Shown here: positions 52,285 through 62,771 of the stretch, in pieces
Numbering within the stretch: position 1 is the first letter of the stretch
How the letters are laid out: each line of letters opens with the position of its first letter
Assembly: GCA_013416795.1 (NCBI GenBank)
Contig: RQSC01000002.1
Location: 158,351-222,350, forward strand
Length of the DNA: 64,000 nt
DNA from: Prasinococcaceae sp. CCMP 1430
Taxonomy: Eukaryota > Plantae > Prasinodermophyta
Direction of reading: 5' to 3'
Translations under genes and position numbers: made by a program
The notes under the pieces: generated by a model
Databases searched by the model: none
What the model was told of the DNA's origin: nothing
What the model saw: the letters and a program-made list of their open reading frames with translations, nothing else

Positions 52285-52938
52285 ATGATGCTGCGCGACA
52301 CGCCCGTGGGGCGCGTCGGGTCGCATGCGGGTGACTACAAGCTGGGGGAGACGTTGATGCCGGATCCCCCTGCCGCTGCGGCCGCCGCCGCGGCCGAGGC
52401 TCGCCTCGAGAAGCGTGGCCTGGGGCCCCGCCGCTGGAACAGCTGCACGTCGACCGGGCGCCCCGGGCGCCACGCCGACGCGAGCCCGCTGTTGATCACC
52501 ACGACAGACGCCGCGGGTAAGCGGGTGGACAGGATGGCCAGCCGCGCGAGCACCATCACCTTCTCCAAGCCCGCCGTGTCGCTCGAGTGGGACTGCCGCG
52601 CCAGCGTTGATCGAAAGGACCTCGCCGACTCGTTCGCACAAACACTGCGCGCCGACCGCGAGCACTCGACGCGTGCGTCCCATTCGGGCCTGCTGCCGGA
52701 CGACTACCAGAGCCCGCAGGCGCGGGAGGCCACGTGGATGGCGACCATGCGCAGGGAGAAGACCGAGCGCAGAAAGGAAATGGCTGAGCTCAGGACAGTC
52801 TACGACGATGTCTCCGCCACGCAAATCATGCATGCAAGGGGTGGCACCGCGGCCGGTGGAGGGGGCTCCAGGCCCAAGGCGCGACGCCCGCGCGCCACCA
52901 AGGACGACGTTGCAGCCGTGCGCGCGTTGCCCGACTAG
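52285..52938 (+). CDS. Hypothetical basic protein, about 217 aa
   Basis: ATG-initiated ORF with coding-type codon bias, ending in KDDVAAVRALPD. No family recognised with confidence. Confidence 0.6.
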   Translation: MMLRDTPVGRVGSHAGDYKLGETLMPDPPAAAAAAAAEARLEKRGLGPRRWNSCTSTGRPGRHADASPLLITTTDAAGKRVDRMASRASTITFSKPAVSLEWDCRASVDRKDLADSFAQTLRADREHSTRASHSGLLPDDYQSPQAREATWMATMRREKTERRKEMAELRTVYDDVSATQIMHARGGTAAGGGGSRPKARRPRATKDDVAAVRALPD

Positions 52939-53058
52939 GACTCGCATGAGGACACGATGTGAAATGTACTGTACACGATTACTATAACAACAGGCAGGGG
53001 CTGCCGCTCGCCGCAGCGCCGCGTGTGCTGAGTGTGTGCTGCGAGCAGTGTGCTCGCC

Positions 53059-54020
53059 TCACCGCCAACCGACGAGCGCGCGCAGCCAAGGGAGCACGCT
53101 CACGACCAGCCGGCGCAACGTCGCGCCGTCGCTCCCCGCGGCGCGGGCGCCGAGGCCAAACGCCGAGGTGGCGGCGCCTGCGCGCCGCTCGACGGGGACG
53201 AGCGCTGTGCGCCCATCGTCGGACGCGTCGCCATTGATGTAGTCGTACTCGGGCGCAGGTTTGCGGGCGAGATCGAGTCCAACCTCAGGCTCGGCGGTCG
53301 CAAGATTCTCGCGCACGCTGGCCATGCCTCCACGCGTGCGCGGCTGAGCCTGCGCGCCGTTATCTTCCGACTCGCCGACGCGCTGCAGTGAGACATCGAC
53401 TTCGAAGGACGGGCGCTCGCGCCCCCCTTGGTCGCGCCGCTGTTGCCTTTGCTGATACTCCCGTTGCCGGCGCGGCTGCTGCTGCCGCTGCCGCTGCCGT
53501 GCGCGTCCGCCGCCCCCGGCTTCGGGAGCGGCGCTGTAAGGGCCCCCGCTGCCATCCGCTCGCCCCGAACCCCACTCGCTTGCGCCCTCTCGCGTGCCCG
53601 TCTGAGGGCCTGCGCCCCTCGAGGCTGCAGCACTCCCACTGCTGCTGCGCGTGACCGCCGACGCGACAACCGCTGCCAGGGCACCTCCGGCCTCGGAGGC
53701 GACTGCAAACGCCCACCTAGCGTCGCGCCAAGAGGTCAGTGGCAGGCAGGGGTGAGAACTCGGGCGGGCGAGGCGCGGCGTCCGATGGGAGGAGGCGCAG
53801 GCACACTGGGGCGCACGCAGACACGGGCGTGTACCGCAGCACTGGCGCACCTCCTCGTCGCGGGGCTCACGGTGAGCACGGCGGGGACCAGCAGGAGCTG
53901 CGGGTTGTTGCACACCACAGGCCCGGCGATGACAATCGCTGGGAAGCCCAGGACACACACCGCCGTCCAGAGCTCGGTGTCGCCGTACTGCGTGCCGCCG
54001 CGCCGCACCCGCGCTTCGCG
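53059..54020 (-). CDS. Hypothetical membrane protein, 5'-truncated
   Basis: Hydrophobic exon ([42 protein letters not shown]|GTGAGC donor) and a downstream exon ending at 53059. The exon linkage is uncertain. Confidence 0.4.
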
Positions 54021-54032
54021 CTGCACCCGCGC

Positions 54033-54144
54033 TTCGCGCTGCCGATGCTCGAGTACATCATGCGCATGCCGCCGATGAACACGGAGGCAATCGAAGCGGA
54101 AGGGCCGTACTCGCTGGTGATGGCGCCCACGCGCGAGCTCGCGC
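54033..54144 (+). pseudogene. PRP28: Orphan PRP28/DDX23 DEAD-box helicase fragment ending at the single N at 54145
   Basis: [37 protein letters not shown] (motif Ia PTRELA with PRP28-type context). It is preceded by an 18-bp tandem duplication at 54005..54040. Confidence 0.75.
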
Positions 54145-54145
54145 N

Positions 54146-54838
54146 GCGCGCAGCAGCGGCGGCGGCGGGCGGGGGCGCCGCCGAGGGGGATGAGCCGGCG
54201 CAGGCGGCGCCCGCCGGAAAGAGCGAGGGCAAGGGCGAGGGCAAGAGCATCGGCGCGCGCGTGCGCGACTTTTTCATCGGCGGCGAGAAGCTGAACAAGG
54301 AGCGCCTCGCCAAACTAGGGACGTCAGCGCTGCTCAGCTACGGCGCTGTGTCAAACCTGAACGCCATCACGCTCGTTATCGTCGCGTGGTGCGGCTTCGC
54401 TTCGAACACGGGCCTGTCCCCGCTCGCCCCCGGCCAGTGGAAGGCCTTCCTCGCCGCTTACACGGCCCTCTATGCTGTGGTTGGCAACCTCGGCCGGCCG
54501 CTGCGCTTCACGCTCTCGGTCGCCGCTGCGCCCTTCTTCGACCGCATCGTGAAGTTCTTCCAAGGTGAGGCCGCGCGCGCCCCAACATGCACGCGACACG
54601 TATCGTGCGCGGTCCTTGAGCAGCTCGCTTCCCCCCACCCATCTACCCTCCCCACCCCAATCGCTGGCCGCTGACGCGACTGCTGTGCGCCTGGTCGCTC
54701 GCAGGTCGCTTCAACCTCAAACCGGCGCTTGCGTTCGGCCTGACGGTGTTCTGCGTTAACGTATGCGGCTCCTTCACCTACTTGTTCGTGGGCTTGAGGG
54801 TGGCGACACTCGTCGCGGGCGTACCACTGCTGCCTTGA
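54146..54838 (+). CDS. Conserved algal/plant membrane protein (FAM210/DUF1279-like), 5'-truncated
   Basis: LAKLGTSALLSYG...TGLSPLAPGQWKAFLAAY...RPLRFTLSV...FQ|GRFNLKPALAFGLTVFCVNV...AGVPLLP. Intron 54565..54704. Confidence 0.6.
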
Positions 54839-54935
54839 CCACCTCCTCACCACCGCCCGCCCGCCTGGTCCAGCTGCTCACCGTGGTGGCGCGGCTATAG
54901 AACACACCCAGCGCTCCCTCACCGCGAGCGTGCAC

Positions 54936-54949
54936 CTGTAACGTTACAG
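54936..54949. terminator. Palindromic CTGTAACGTTACAG giving TGTAA on both strands between convergent genes
   Basis: Perfect 14-bp palindrome between the stops at 54838 (+) and 55097 (-). UGUAA is the known chlorophyte poly(A) signal. Confidence 0.65.
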
Positions 54950-55096
54950 CTCGTCTCGAAATGCGTGCATATTACGACCGGCAGCGCGCGCCGGCACGCA
55001 CGCCCGAGTGCGAGACTTAGCGCCCTACCACCACCACCACCACGACGTACGACACACACACACACACCACCCGCAGTATGCGCGCGCGGCCGCATC

Positions 55097-56670
55097 TCAC
55101 TTGGGTGAGGGCAGCGCAATGGTGGCGCCGACAGGGCAGTGGTCGCCGTTGGTGTTGTATTCAGGCCCCACCCATGAGTCTATCACCCGCGGGAGCGCCT
55201 GCGACGGTGCGCCTTCGCCGTCGACGGGTGCCATATTGGCGCTGGCGAGCACGTAGTCCAGCCGGAGGCCCCGGTTCCACGGGCGGTTGCGGGCGCGCAC
55301 GCTCCAGAACGTGTACGCGTGCCGAGCGTCTGGATGCAGCGCACGGAAAGTGTCAACGTATCCCGCGTCGAGCAATGCGCCAAAGGCCTCGCGCTCGCGC
55401 GGAGTCGTTCCAGCGCTCTTCTCCAGGTGTTTAGCTCCAACGTTCCAGATGTCGAGATCGAGATGCTGCGGGTGCGCGCGAGCGCCGCACACACCGGACG
55501 TGCACACCGGCGGCGACCGTGTCAGCATGAGCGAGAGCAGGCGCGCGCGGACGCGCTCGCACAAGGGCAGACGCACCGCCACATTGAGGTCACCCATGTA
55601 CACGACCGGCTTGCCCAGCGCCGCCATGTGCGCCTTGATATCTTCCTCCCACACATCGATGCGGTAGTCCAGGCGCACGAGGTCGGCGCCCGAGTTCGGC
55701 ACGTATGCACACACTAGGGCGAAGCTCCCCATGTCGAGCGTCAACGTTCGCCCCTCGGCGTTGTACTCGCGTTCGAAGGGCTCGAAGGTACCGCCACTGC
55801 TGCGCGCGCCCAGCCCTTCTACCACCGACGCGAGGCCGACCGGTCCGCCACCTTCGCCCGCTTCTGCCGCCTCGCGCGTGGCCTTCGTCTGCTTGCCGCC
55901 CGCCTTGGCGAACATGGCGCTGATGGACTGCTGCTTCGTCCCATCCTTCTTCGCATTTTCCCCGCCGCCACCGCTGCCGCCGCTGGCGGCCCCGCCCGCG
56001 CCAGCACGCTCTCTCGCGTCCGCGGTGAGGCCGCCGCTGCATCCACCCGGCAGTTGAGCGTGCAGGCTGTCCTCCACAAGCGCGACGAGACCGCTGTAGC
56101 CCTTTTTGGCCGGCGGCACAGACACTGCCCAGTGCGCGGTGTGGCCCGGCAAGAGCTCGCGCAGCTGCACCTCCACATCACGCAGGTGAGACTCCTGCAG
56201 CTTCGTCTCGCCGATGCACAGCACGTGGGGGCGCTCCTTCTCCAGAAAGGCGAGCAGGGCCGACCTGCAGCATACACATGAACCAAGCACGAGCACACAG
56301 AAGAGGCGACGCGCGTCAGCGGCGTCAAGCGCTCGCTCGCGTTTGCCCCTGTCGCCCAAGCGCGCACGAGCATGCGTGTGCGCCATGCGATGCGCCCGCA
56401 AAGTGCGCACCTGCGCTCCTCAGACTTGAGCAGAGCGCGCAGCCCACCAACGTTGTGGTAGGCGACGCGCAGCTCAAACGACGTGGCGTCGCCTGCTGGG
56501 GCGGCGCGTGGTGTGGCGTCACCCTCGAGGACCACCTTGTCGGCCGAGGCGGCCGACTTCTTGGGCTTCTTCGGCGAGGGTGTGGCGCTGTACATGAGCG
56601 CGCGGGCGAGCGCAGTGTCGGGGGAGCACACGTCAGCGACAGCAGCACTGAGCGCGCGCGCGCGGGTCAT
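55097..56670 (-). CDS. Exonuclease III-family AP endonuclease (APE/ARP-like)
   Basis: Exons 56670..56411, 56264..55577 and 55465..55097. Motifs HNVGGLRA, LCIGETK, KGYSG, EGR, AYVPNSG, GDLNVA|H, DTFRALHP, YTFWS, GLRLDY and GDHCP. Confidence 0.95.
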
Positions 56671-57085
56671 GGCTTTGCGGCTCGAGCGCTAACTTCGATC
56701 GCCGAGGCTAGGCCATATCCCATGCTCGAGGGTGCGCGGCCCCCACGCACGAGTGCACGTGCGCGCGCCACGCACCCCCCCGCGGTGCCTCGCTTCACCG
56801 CCGCCATCGCCACGGCCGTGCGTGGCGCCCTCGCCGCCCGGCGCGCGGCCTAGCGCGTAGGGCCGCAATCTCCCTCGCCGCCGCAGCGCTGTTCCCACCG
56901 CTGCCAGCCGCACGCGCAGCCGCGCGCGCGGCTAGTGTCGCCGCGGCCAGCTTGGCGGCGGTGTCCCCCGGCCCTGCCCTTGCCTTGTGCCTAACGCACA
57001 CGCCGCGTGCGCGCTCTGTGGAAACCGAACGGATGGACGTCAACCCGCGCGCGTGCGGGCTGGGCCACACCGTGCGCGGCTGAGG

Positions 57086-58799
57086 ATGGGGTCGAATGCG
57101 CGAAGAGCGCGCTCCCGCGCCCGCACCCGCGACGATGGCGACAAAAGTAGAGGCAGTGCGGCCAGCAGGGACAATGCCGCCGTGGACGGCAGCGACGGCG
57201 ACGACAGCGAATGCGCGGGTAACCACTTGAGCTGGCGCTGGCACGCGGTGCTGGGCCTGTTCGTGGCGTTGAGCGCGGGCTTGGCGCTGCGAGACTTAGG
57301 CGAGCGACGGTCCGGTGCGCTGCGTGATGCGACGACCGACCTCGAGGCCAAGATTCCGCCCGCAGCGCTCGATGCACTGCGAGCGCGCCTCGGTACGTGC
57401 GCCGCGCAGGCGCAGCGCGTGACGCACGCGCACACGCAACGCACTCGCACCGTGCGCTGCTGACCCATACGAGTACACTCATGCGGCCCGGCGCGCACAT
57501 CTGTGGCACACATGTATGCACAGGCCCGTCCCAGCCGCTTGATGGGTTCCTCGCTGACGTGGTGCGTGGTAACGATAGCGCCAAGGGCTTGCTCGAAGAG
57601 GTGCTGAGTGCCGGGCCCAGTGGGGCAGCACGCTCGCGCTCGCGATGGGGGGCGAACCGAGAAGGTAACGGTGGCGAGCTTGGCATGGTTGCTTATGCAG
57701 TGCGCAAGCGCATGTGCGCTTGTTCGCAAGTCCGCGTGTGGGCCGCACAGCCGCACGGACAGCTGACCTGTGGCGCTCGTCGCGCCCCCACACATCGCGT
57801 GAGCAGACGGGAGTGCCGCCTCCGCAGCAGCGGCGGGCGCCCTCGAGACGCTTCTGCGAAAGCTCCCTGGCGCAGCTGTCCAGGAGTTTCGTGATTCACT
57901 CGAACGTGCGCGCGGCCTTGATGCAGGCGAGCTCGACTCGGCGCCCACGGACGCTCTCATAGGTCACCTGCGCGCGCTCACACAGTCGGAGCGGTCTGCG
58001 GTCGAAGCCATCCTCAGGCGTCCCGGTCGCGTTGGCGGAGTCGAAACGACCTCTTCCGAGAAGGATACCGAGGCCGCGACGGCGGCTGCGGACGCCGCAT
58101 CGCGAGGCTGGGCGCGCGAGAATCCCGAAGAGGCGCGCGAGCGCGTGCGCGAGTGGGAGGCCTCCGTGCGCGCTTGGAGCGACCGCATTGACACGGCGAA
58201 GCGAACGCTGGGATCCGCTGCCGTGGACGTCGTGCGCGCCTTCCTCGTGTCTGCACACGTGGATGCGCACGCGGCGGAGCGGACGCACCGGCAGCTGGCG
58301 GAGCGCTGCGCTCTACTGCGCGACGAGAAGCTTGCGGTGCTCAGCGCGCTCGTCGATAGGATGGTGGCGGCTGAGGCGGCGCCGCCCGCGGAGAGGATCG
58401 CACTGGCGACGCAGCTTCTTGTGGAGAGCAGGCGTGAAGGGGGCAGGTGCGGGCGCGTGCCTGCAGCCCGCCTGTGGGAGCTTGCGTCCCTCGCCCTTGC
58501 CTTCTCACACACTGACACGCGCGCGTTCGCGCGCATGCAGCCTTGCCTTCGAAGTACCGATGGACTGGAAGGGCGTCGACCCTGCCAGCGCCGGCTGGCA
58601 GCCGGTGTCGCCTTGGACGCGGTACGAGCTCATGCATGGCGAGGAGCCCCCGCCGGAATGGGCACCACCACAGGTCGAGCTCGACGAGTGGGAGGAGCAA
58701 AAGGCCAGGAAGGCGCTCGAAACGCTGGCGGCCACGGGGGTAGACGCCCGGGCGTCTGATCCCGATGTCGGGGCAGCTGGACAATCGAACGAAGTATGA
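57086..58799 (+). CDS. Hypothetical four-exon single-pass membrane protein
   Basis: Phase-consistent exons at about 57086..57392, 57524..57663, 57807..58446 and 58541..58799, with CTGAC in each intron. N-terminal transmembrane segment WRWHAVLGLFVALSAGLAL and a Trp/Pro-rich C-terminus. Confidence 0.6.
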
Positions 58800-58878
58800 A
58801 TGAATTTTGTATAGAACACATCATGTACAGGACCCCCCACACACACACACCTCCACCCCGTGCCGCGTGCGCCCGCGC

Positions 58879-59273
58879 CTATTGCTGCTTGTGCGCGTTC
58901 TTCGCGAAGGCCTCCTTCATGCCGCTGATGGCTTCGTCGGCGAGCTTTTGTAGCGAGCCCCGGACGAACGGCGTGCCTAACTTCCACGGCCACTTCAAAA
59001 CTATGTCGGCCGTGTAGGTGATCTCAGTACCTCCTTTCTCGCTGGGCGCGAACTCAATTTTGTCCGTCGCCCGCGCAGTGCCACCCTCTCCTTTCAGCAC
59101 CACCCTTTGCGGCGGCATGAAGTCCGTAGTCTCGTAGGTCATGTCACTCTCCTCGCCTTGAAACAGCGTCACAAGCGAGTACTTTGTGCCGACGCCGTAA
59201 GGGGCGAGGCTGTCCTCTGCGACCTTGGCGGATCGCACGGCCGGGTCAAACTTCTCAAAGTTCTCGAAGTGAG
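58879..59273 (-). CDS. SRPBCC/polyketide-cyclase (START-like) protein, last exon
   Basis: HFENFEKFDPAVRSA...GVGTKYSLV...YETTDF.PPQRVVLKGEG...D.IEF...GGTEITYTADI. CAG acceptor at 59274; the upstream exon could not be resolved. Confidence 0.75.
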
Positions 59274-59944
59274 CTGCGCGCACGCGGCAATCAGCGCACA
59301 GGACAGCCCCACGCGCGACGTGCGTGCGCGTGTGCGCGTGCGCGCGCGCGCGCGCGCGCGGGCTCCGCAGCAGCGGCCGTCGCGGCCCCTCAGCTTGAGC
59401 GCAGGAGCGCGCGTGGCCTTCAGGACGTCGTCCACCGGCGGCGCGCGCATGCGATTCGACCTCGCACTCAACCCGCCAGACCCTCTCGAACCGAAGTGCG
59501 CCCAAACGCCCTTATCCAAACGAAACCCAAACCCAAAAAGGGGGGCGGCCAGCATGGGCCGGATGTTAGGGTTTCATGTTAAGGGTACAAAATACACCAC
59601 GTAGGGTCCCATTCAAAACTAACAACGGAGCGGCGCGTCCGCGCGGCTGCGCGGAAGAGACTCGCCCGTGGGTATATGTAATGTGTTTTGGAGGGTCTGA
59701 TGGGGTCAATTCGTGCGCGCGCGTCCGTTCCCCGAGGCGCCGTGACGGTTGCCGGGACGGTTGCTTGCCGGGAAGCGCGGGCCAGTGCGCGCCCGCGCGC
59801 CAGTGCGCGCGGCCCCGGCGGCCGGCGGGCTCGATGCCGGACCGAGGCCACGGCCGGCGGGCTCGAGGGCGCGCGCGCGCGCGTGCGAGCGAGGGGACCC
59901 AGGGGACAGCGTGGGATCCGACCAGGTCGTTTGCAGCGGCGGCC

Positions 59945-62662
59945 ATGGGCGGCGGCGCCGAAGGCGGCCACGATGCCTCGCCGCCGCCGCGCGAACGCGA
60001 CTGGGTGTGCGGTTATCTGCCGCGCGCCCCGTCCGAGGCTGAGGTGCTCGCAAAGCTCGAGCGTGTGGTTGCCGTCGAGCGTGGCGAGCGGCATGCGGCC
60101 GTGCGGGCGGTGGCCGATGCGTTCGGCACGGTATGCGATGGGCAGCTGGCGGCTGCGCGCAGCGAGGCGGCCGCGGCGCGCGTCGAATACTCGGAGCGCG
60201 GCGACGCGTTGCGCAAGGCACACCTCGCGCGCGCGAACGACATGCTCAAGACCTTGAGCACCTGCAAGTCCGCCGTGCGCTCTCAGAAGCTGCGCGCTGA
60301 GGCGGCGTGCGCGCAAGCAGAACAGATCTCAGAGAATCTGACCGCCCAGCTCGAGCGTGCGGTACGCGAGCGCGCGGAGGGCCTGCGTGCTGCCGACGCC
60401 GCCGCCGAGGCTGCAGCGCGGGAGGCGCGCGAGCAGACTGTTCGCGCCGTCGCGGCCGAGCGCAAGAAATCCCAGCAGCGTGTCGAGCAGGCGCGCAATG
60501 AGGAGCGCGCCGCAGCGGAGGGCCGCACGGCCGACGCAGTGAGTGCCGCATTGACGGACGCCGAGCGCCGATTTGCTGGCGTGGTCGATGTCACGCGCAG
60601 AGCGCTCGAGGCTCAGGCAGAGCTCGCACAAGAGGCGAGGAGGGAGCTCGCGGCTCGCCGCCACCACGCGCGCGCGGCAACACGCGCAGTGGCGCCCGCC
60701 GCAACCTCCAACGCAGGGGCGCGTGACCTCTATCGTGCGCGAGCCCACCTACCTATCGACAGCGATGATGAGGAAGAAGCAGAGCGCCATGCCGTTGCTG
60801 CGGAGCTCTTGGCGGCCGCGCGCTGTGCACCGAGATCGTTGGCCGAAGCAGCCGCGGCCGAGGCCCAGAGTTCACAGCTGGCGGCGGGACAGCGGCCCCG
60901 CGTTGCGTCAACAGCCACGGTGGTGGGCACCTCCGCTCTGCGGGCGCTACGAAGCCTCGCTACCGATGCGGATCAGGCTCTTGTCGACGCAGACGAAGCG
61001 GGCGGCATAGGCGTTGGTGGGGAGACACGACCGGACTCAGAAGGCTCGAGTGTCGTGACGGACTCAAGCGCTGCGCCAGCCACACAGATGGCTCGCACGC
61101 AGAACGTCGCGTCGCTGTGGTTTCCGATCTGCCCTGTGCCTGCACCGCGTCGGCTGATGGCATCGGCTGCGCTGTCTGCGTGGCGGCTTGCAGCGCGCAT
61201 GTCGCGCGACGCCGAGGCTGCCGAGGCCGTCGGTGCGCTTCGCAGCCGCTTGGAGGTCGCAGAAGGCGCCTTGGACCGCGAGCAGACCGCAGCCTTGCTC
61301 AAAACGGTGCGCATGAGCGGCGACCACGCGCGCGCTCAGGCGGCCGCCGCGCGCGAGTTCGCATCCGTGGCCGCAGCGCTCGCTGCGTCGCGCGACGCGG
61401 CTGTGGCGAAGTGTGAGGCGCTGGGGACGCACACGCACGAGCTTGCCGCAGAGCTCGCGCGTCAGACAGCACAGCGGCGGTCAGCCGAGGCCCGCGTGGC
61501 GGCGCGCAACGCGTTGCGCGAGGCCCGCGTGGGCGACCTCGAAGCGTTAGTGGCAACGCTTTCCAAGGCTCTCGGTGCCTTCGAGACCAAGGTCTTTGAG
61601 CTGTCTGGGAGCAAGGCAAGCGAGGGAGAGGGAGATTCTGAGGAGGAGAGCCGCCGCGCGCGCGCGCGTGCCTTCCGCGGCGGTGTCAGTGCCTCAGTGG
61701 CGGCTGGACGCTCCGACGTGCGCGCCCTGCGCAGCGAAGTCGCCGCTATGCAGTCGGACAACGACGCGATGATGGGGGCGCTATCAACCCTCATCTCTGA
61801 CGCGAACTCGAAGATCAGTGCGGCCTTTCAGGCGGGGCGCTCGCAGCGCGGCTGGTGGAAGGACGCATTGGCTGCCAGGGCGGCCGCAGAGGCAGCGGCG
61901 GGAGTCGCCGCCGCCGCGGCAGCCGCGCTCGCTGCGGCGTCTGCCGCAGTACCAGCGGACACCGCTGGCTTTGATCTCTTTGACTTGGACTCCCAAAGCA
62001 CTCCGCACGCGACAGGGACGGATGCAATGACACCTCCATGGTCCCGCATGCTGGATGAGGACACGAGCGCCGGACCCGTGGCACCTCCGAGCGACGCGTA
62101 CGCTGCTCCCGAGCAGCGTCCGCGTGACGGCACTCCTGCGCCCCCGGTCAACCTTCGCGCCACGCGCGCGCCGTCCGACGCCCATGACGCGGGGTCGACC
62201 CCTCCCACGCGCGACAGCGATGCGCAAGAGGGTGCGGGGGAGCATGCGGCGGTGTTGCCGACCACTGCGCGGCCTTCGCCGTTGCAGCGCGTGTACGAGA
62301 GTGCTGAGAAGAGACGCCGCGTCCGCCATGCTCTATTCGACGACACCGACGGCGCCGATACGAACGCCACCGAACACCCGCTCATCGCGACGCCACTTGG
62401 CGCAAGTGAGGCGAGCGCGCAAACACTGGCCGCAGCGGCGGTGCTCTCCAAGGACGACGAGAGTGACAATATCGGCACAGACTACACGCACAGGCACGAT
62501 CTTAACCTGGATCAGCTCGCGCACCTGCGCCTGGACGCTGATGCCCTCTTCTACAAGCGTGCTGCGGACATAGGTTACTTCAAGGGGCTGCTGGCGGCAG
62601 CGACGACGGCGAACAAAGAGGCGACGGAGCGAATGGAACGCGTCCGTCGCAACTGGTTCTGA
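59945..62662 (+). CDS. Hypothetical 905-aa Ala-rich coiled-coil protein
   Basis: Long uninterrupted ORF with several heptad segments and a distinct C-terminal helix (DALFYKRAADIGYFKGLL...RVRRNWF). Confidence 0.7.
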   Translation: MGGGAEGGHDASPPPRERDWVCGYLPRAPSEAEVLAKLERVVAVERGERHAAVRAVADAFGTVCDGQLAAARSEAAAARVEYSERGDALRKAHLARANDMLKTLSTCKSAVRSQKLRAEAACAQAEQISENLTAQLERAVRERAEGLRAADAAAEAAAREAREQTVRAVAAERKKSQQRVEQARNEERAAAEGRTADAVSAALTDAERRFAGVVDVTRRALEAQAELAQEARRELAARRHHARAATRAVAPAATSNAGARDLYRARAHLPIDSDDEEEAERHAVAAELLAAARCAPRSLAEAAAAEAQSSQLAAGQRPRVASTATVVGTSALRALRSLATDADQALVDADEAGGIGVGGETRPDSEGSSVVTDSSAAPATQMARTQNVASLWFPICPVPAPRRLMASAALSAWRLAARMSRDAEAAEAVGALRSRLEVAEGALDREQTAALLKTVRMSGDHARAQAAAAREFASVAAALAASRDAAVAKCEALGTHTHELAAELARQTAQRRSAEARVAARNALREARVGDLEALVATLSKALGAFETKVFELSGSKASEGEGDSEEESRRARARAFRGGVSASVAAGRSDVRALRSEVAAMQSDNDAMMGALSTLISDANSKISAAFQAGRSQRGWWKDALAARAAAEAAAGVAAAAAAALAAASAAVPADTAGFDLFDLDSQSTPHATGTDAMTPPWSRMLDEDTSAGPVAPPSDAYAAPEQRPRDGTPAPPVNLRATRAPSDAHDAGSTPPTRDSDAQEGAGEHAAVLPTTARPSPLQRVYESAEKRRRVRHALFDDTDGADTNATEHPLIATPLGASEASAQTLAAAAVLSKDDESDNIGTDYTHRHDLNLDQLAHLRLDADALFYKRAADIGYFKGLLAAATTANKEATERMERVRRNWF

Positions 62663-62771
62663 GCGCAAGAAGCTTCTTTCTCTAGTTAGAGAGTAGTCTT
62701 AGAAAAATGACAAATGTTACAACAACTTTGCGAAAGGTGCCAGCGCGTGCGGCCTTTCTTCGGCTCGCTGA

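Noticed and set aside
12-56410. Introner-like repeated introns
   Set aside because: The introns share only donor and branch motifs and (GC)n/(GTGC)n low complexity; no extended mutual similarity was seen by eye.
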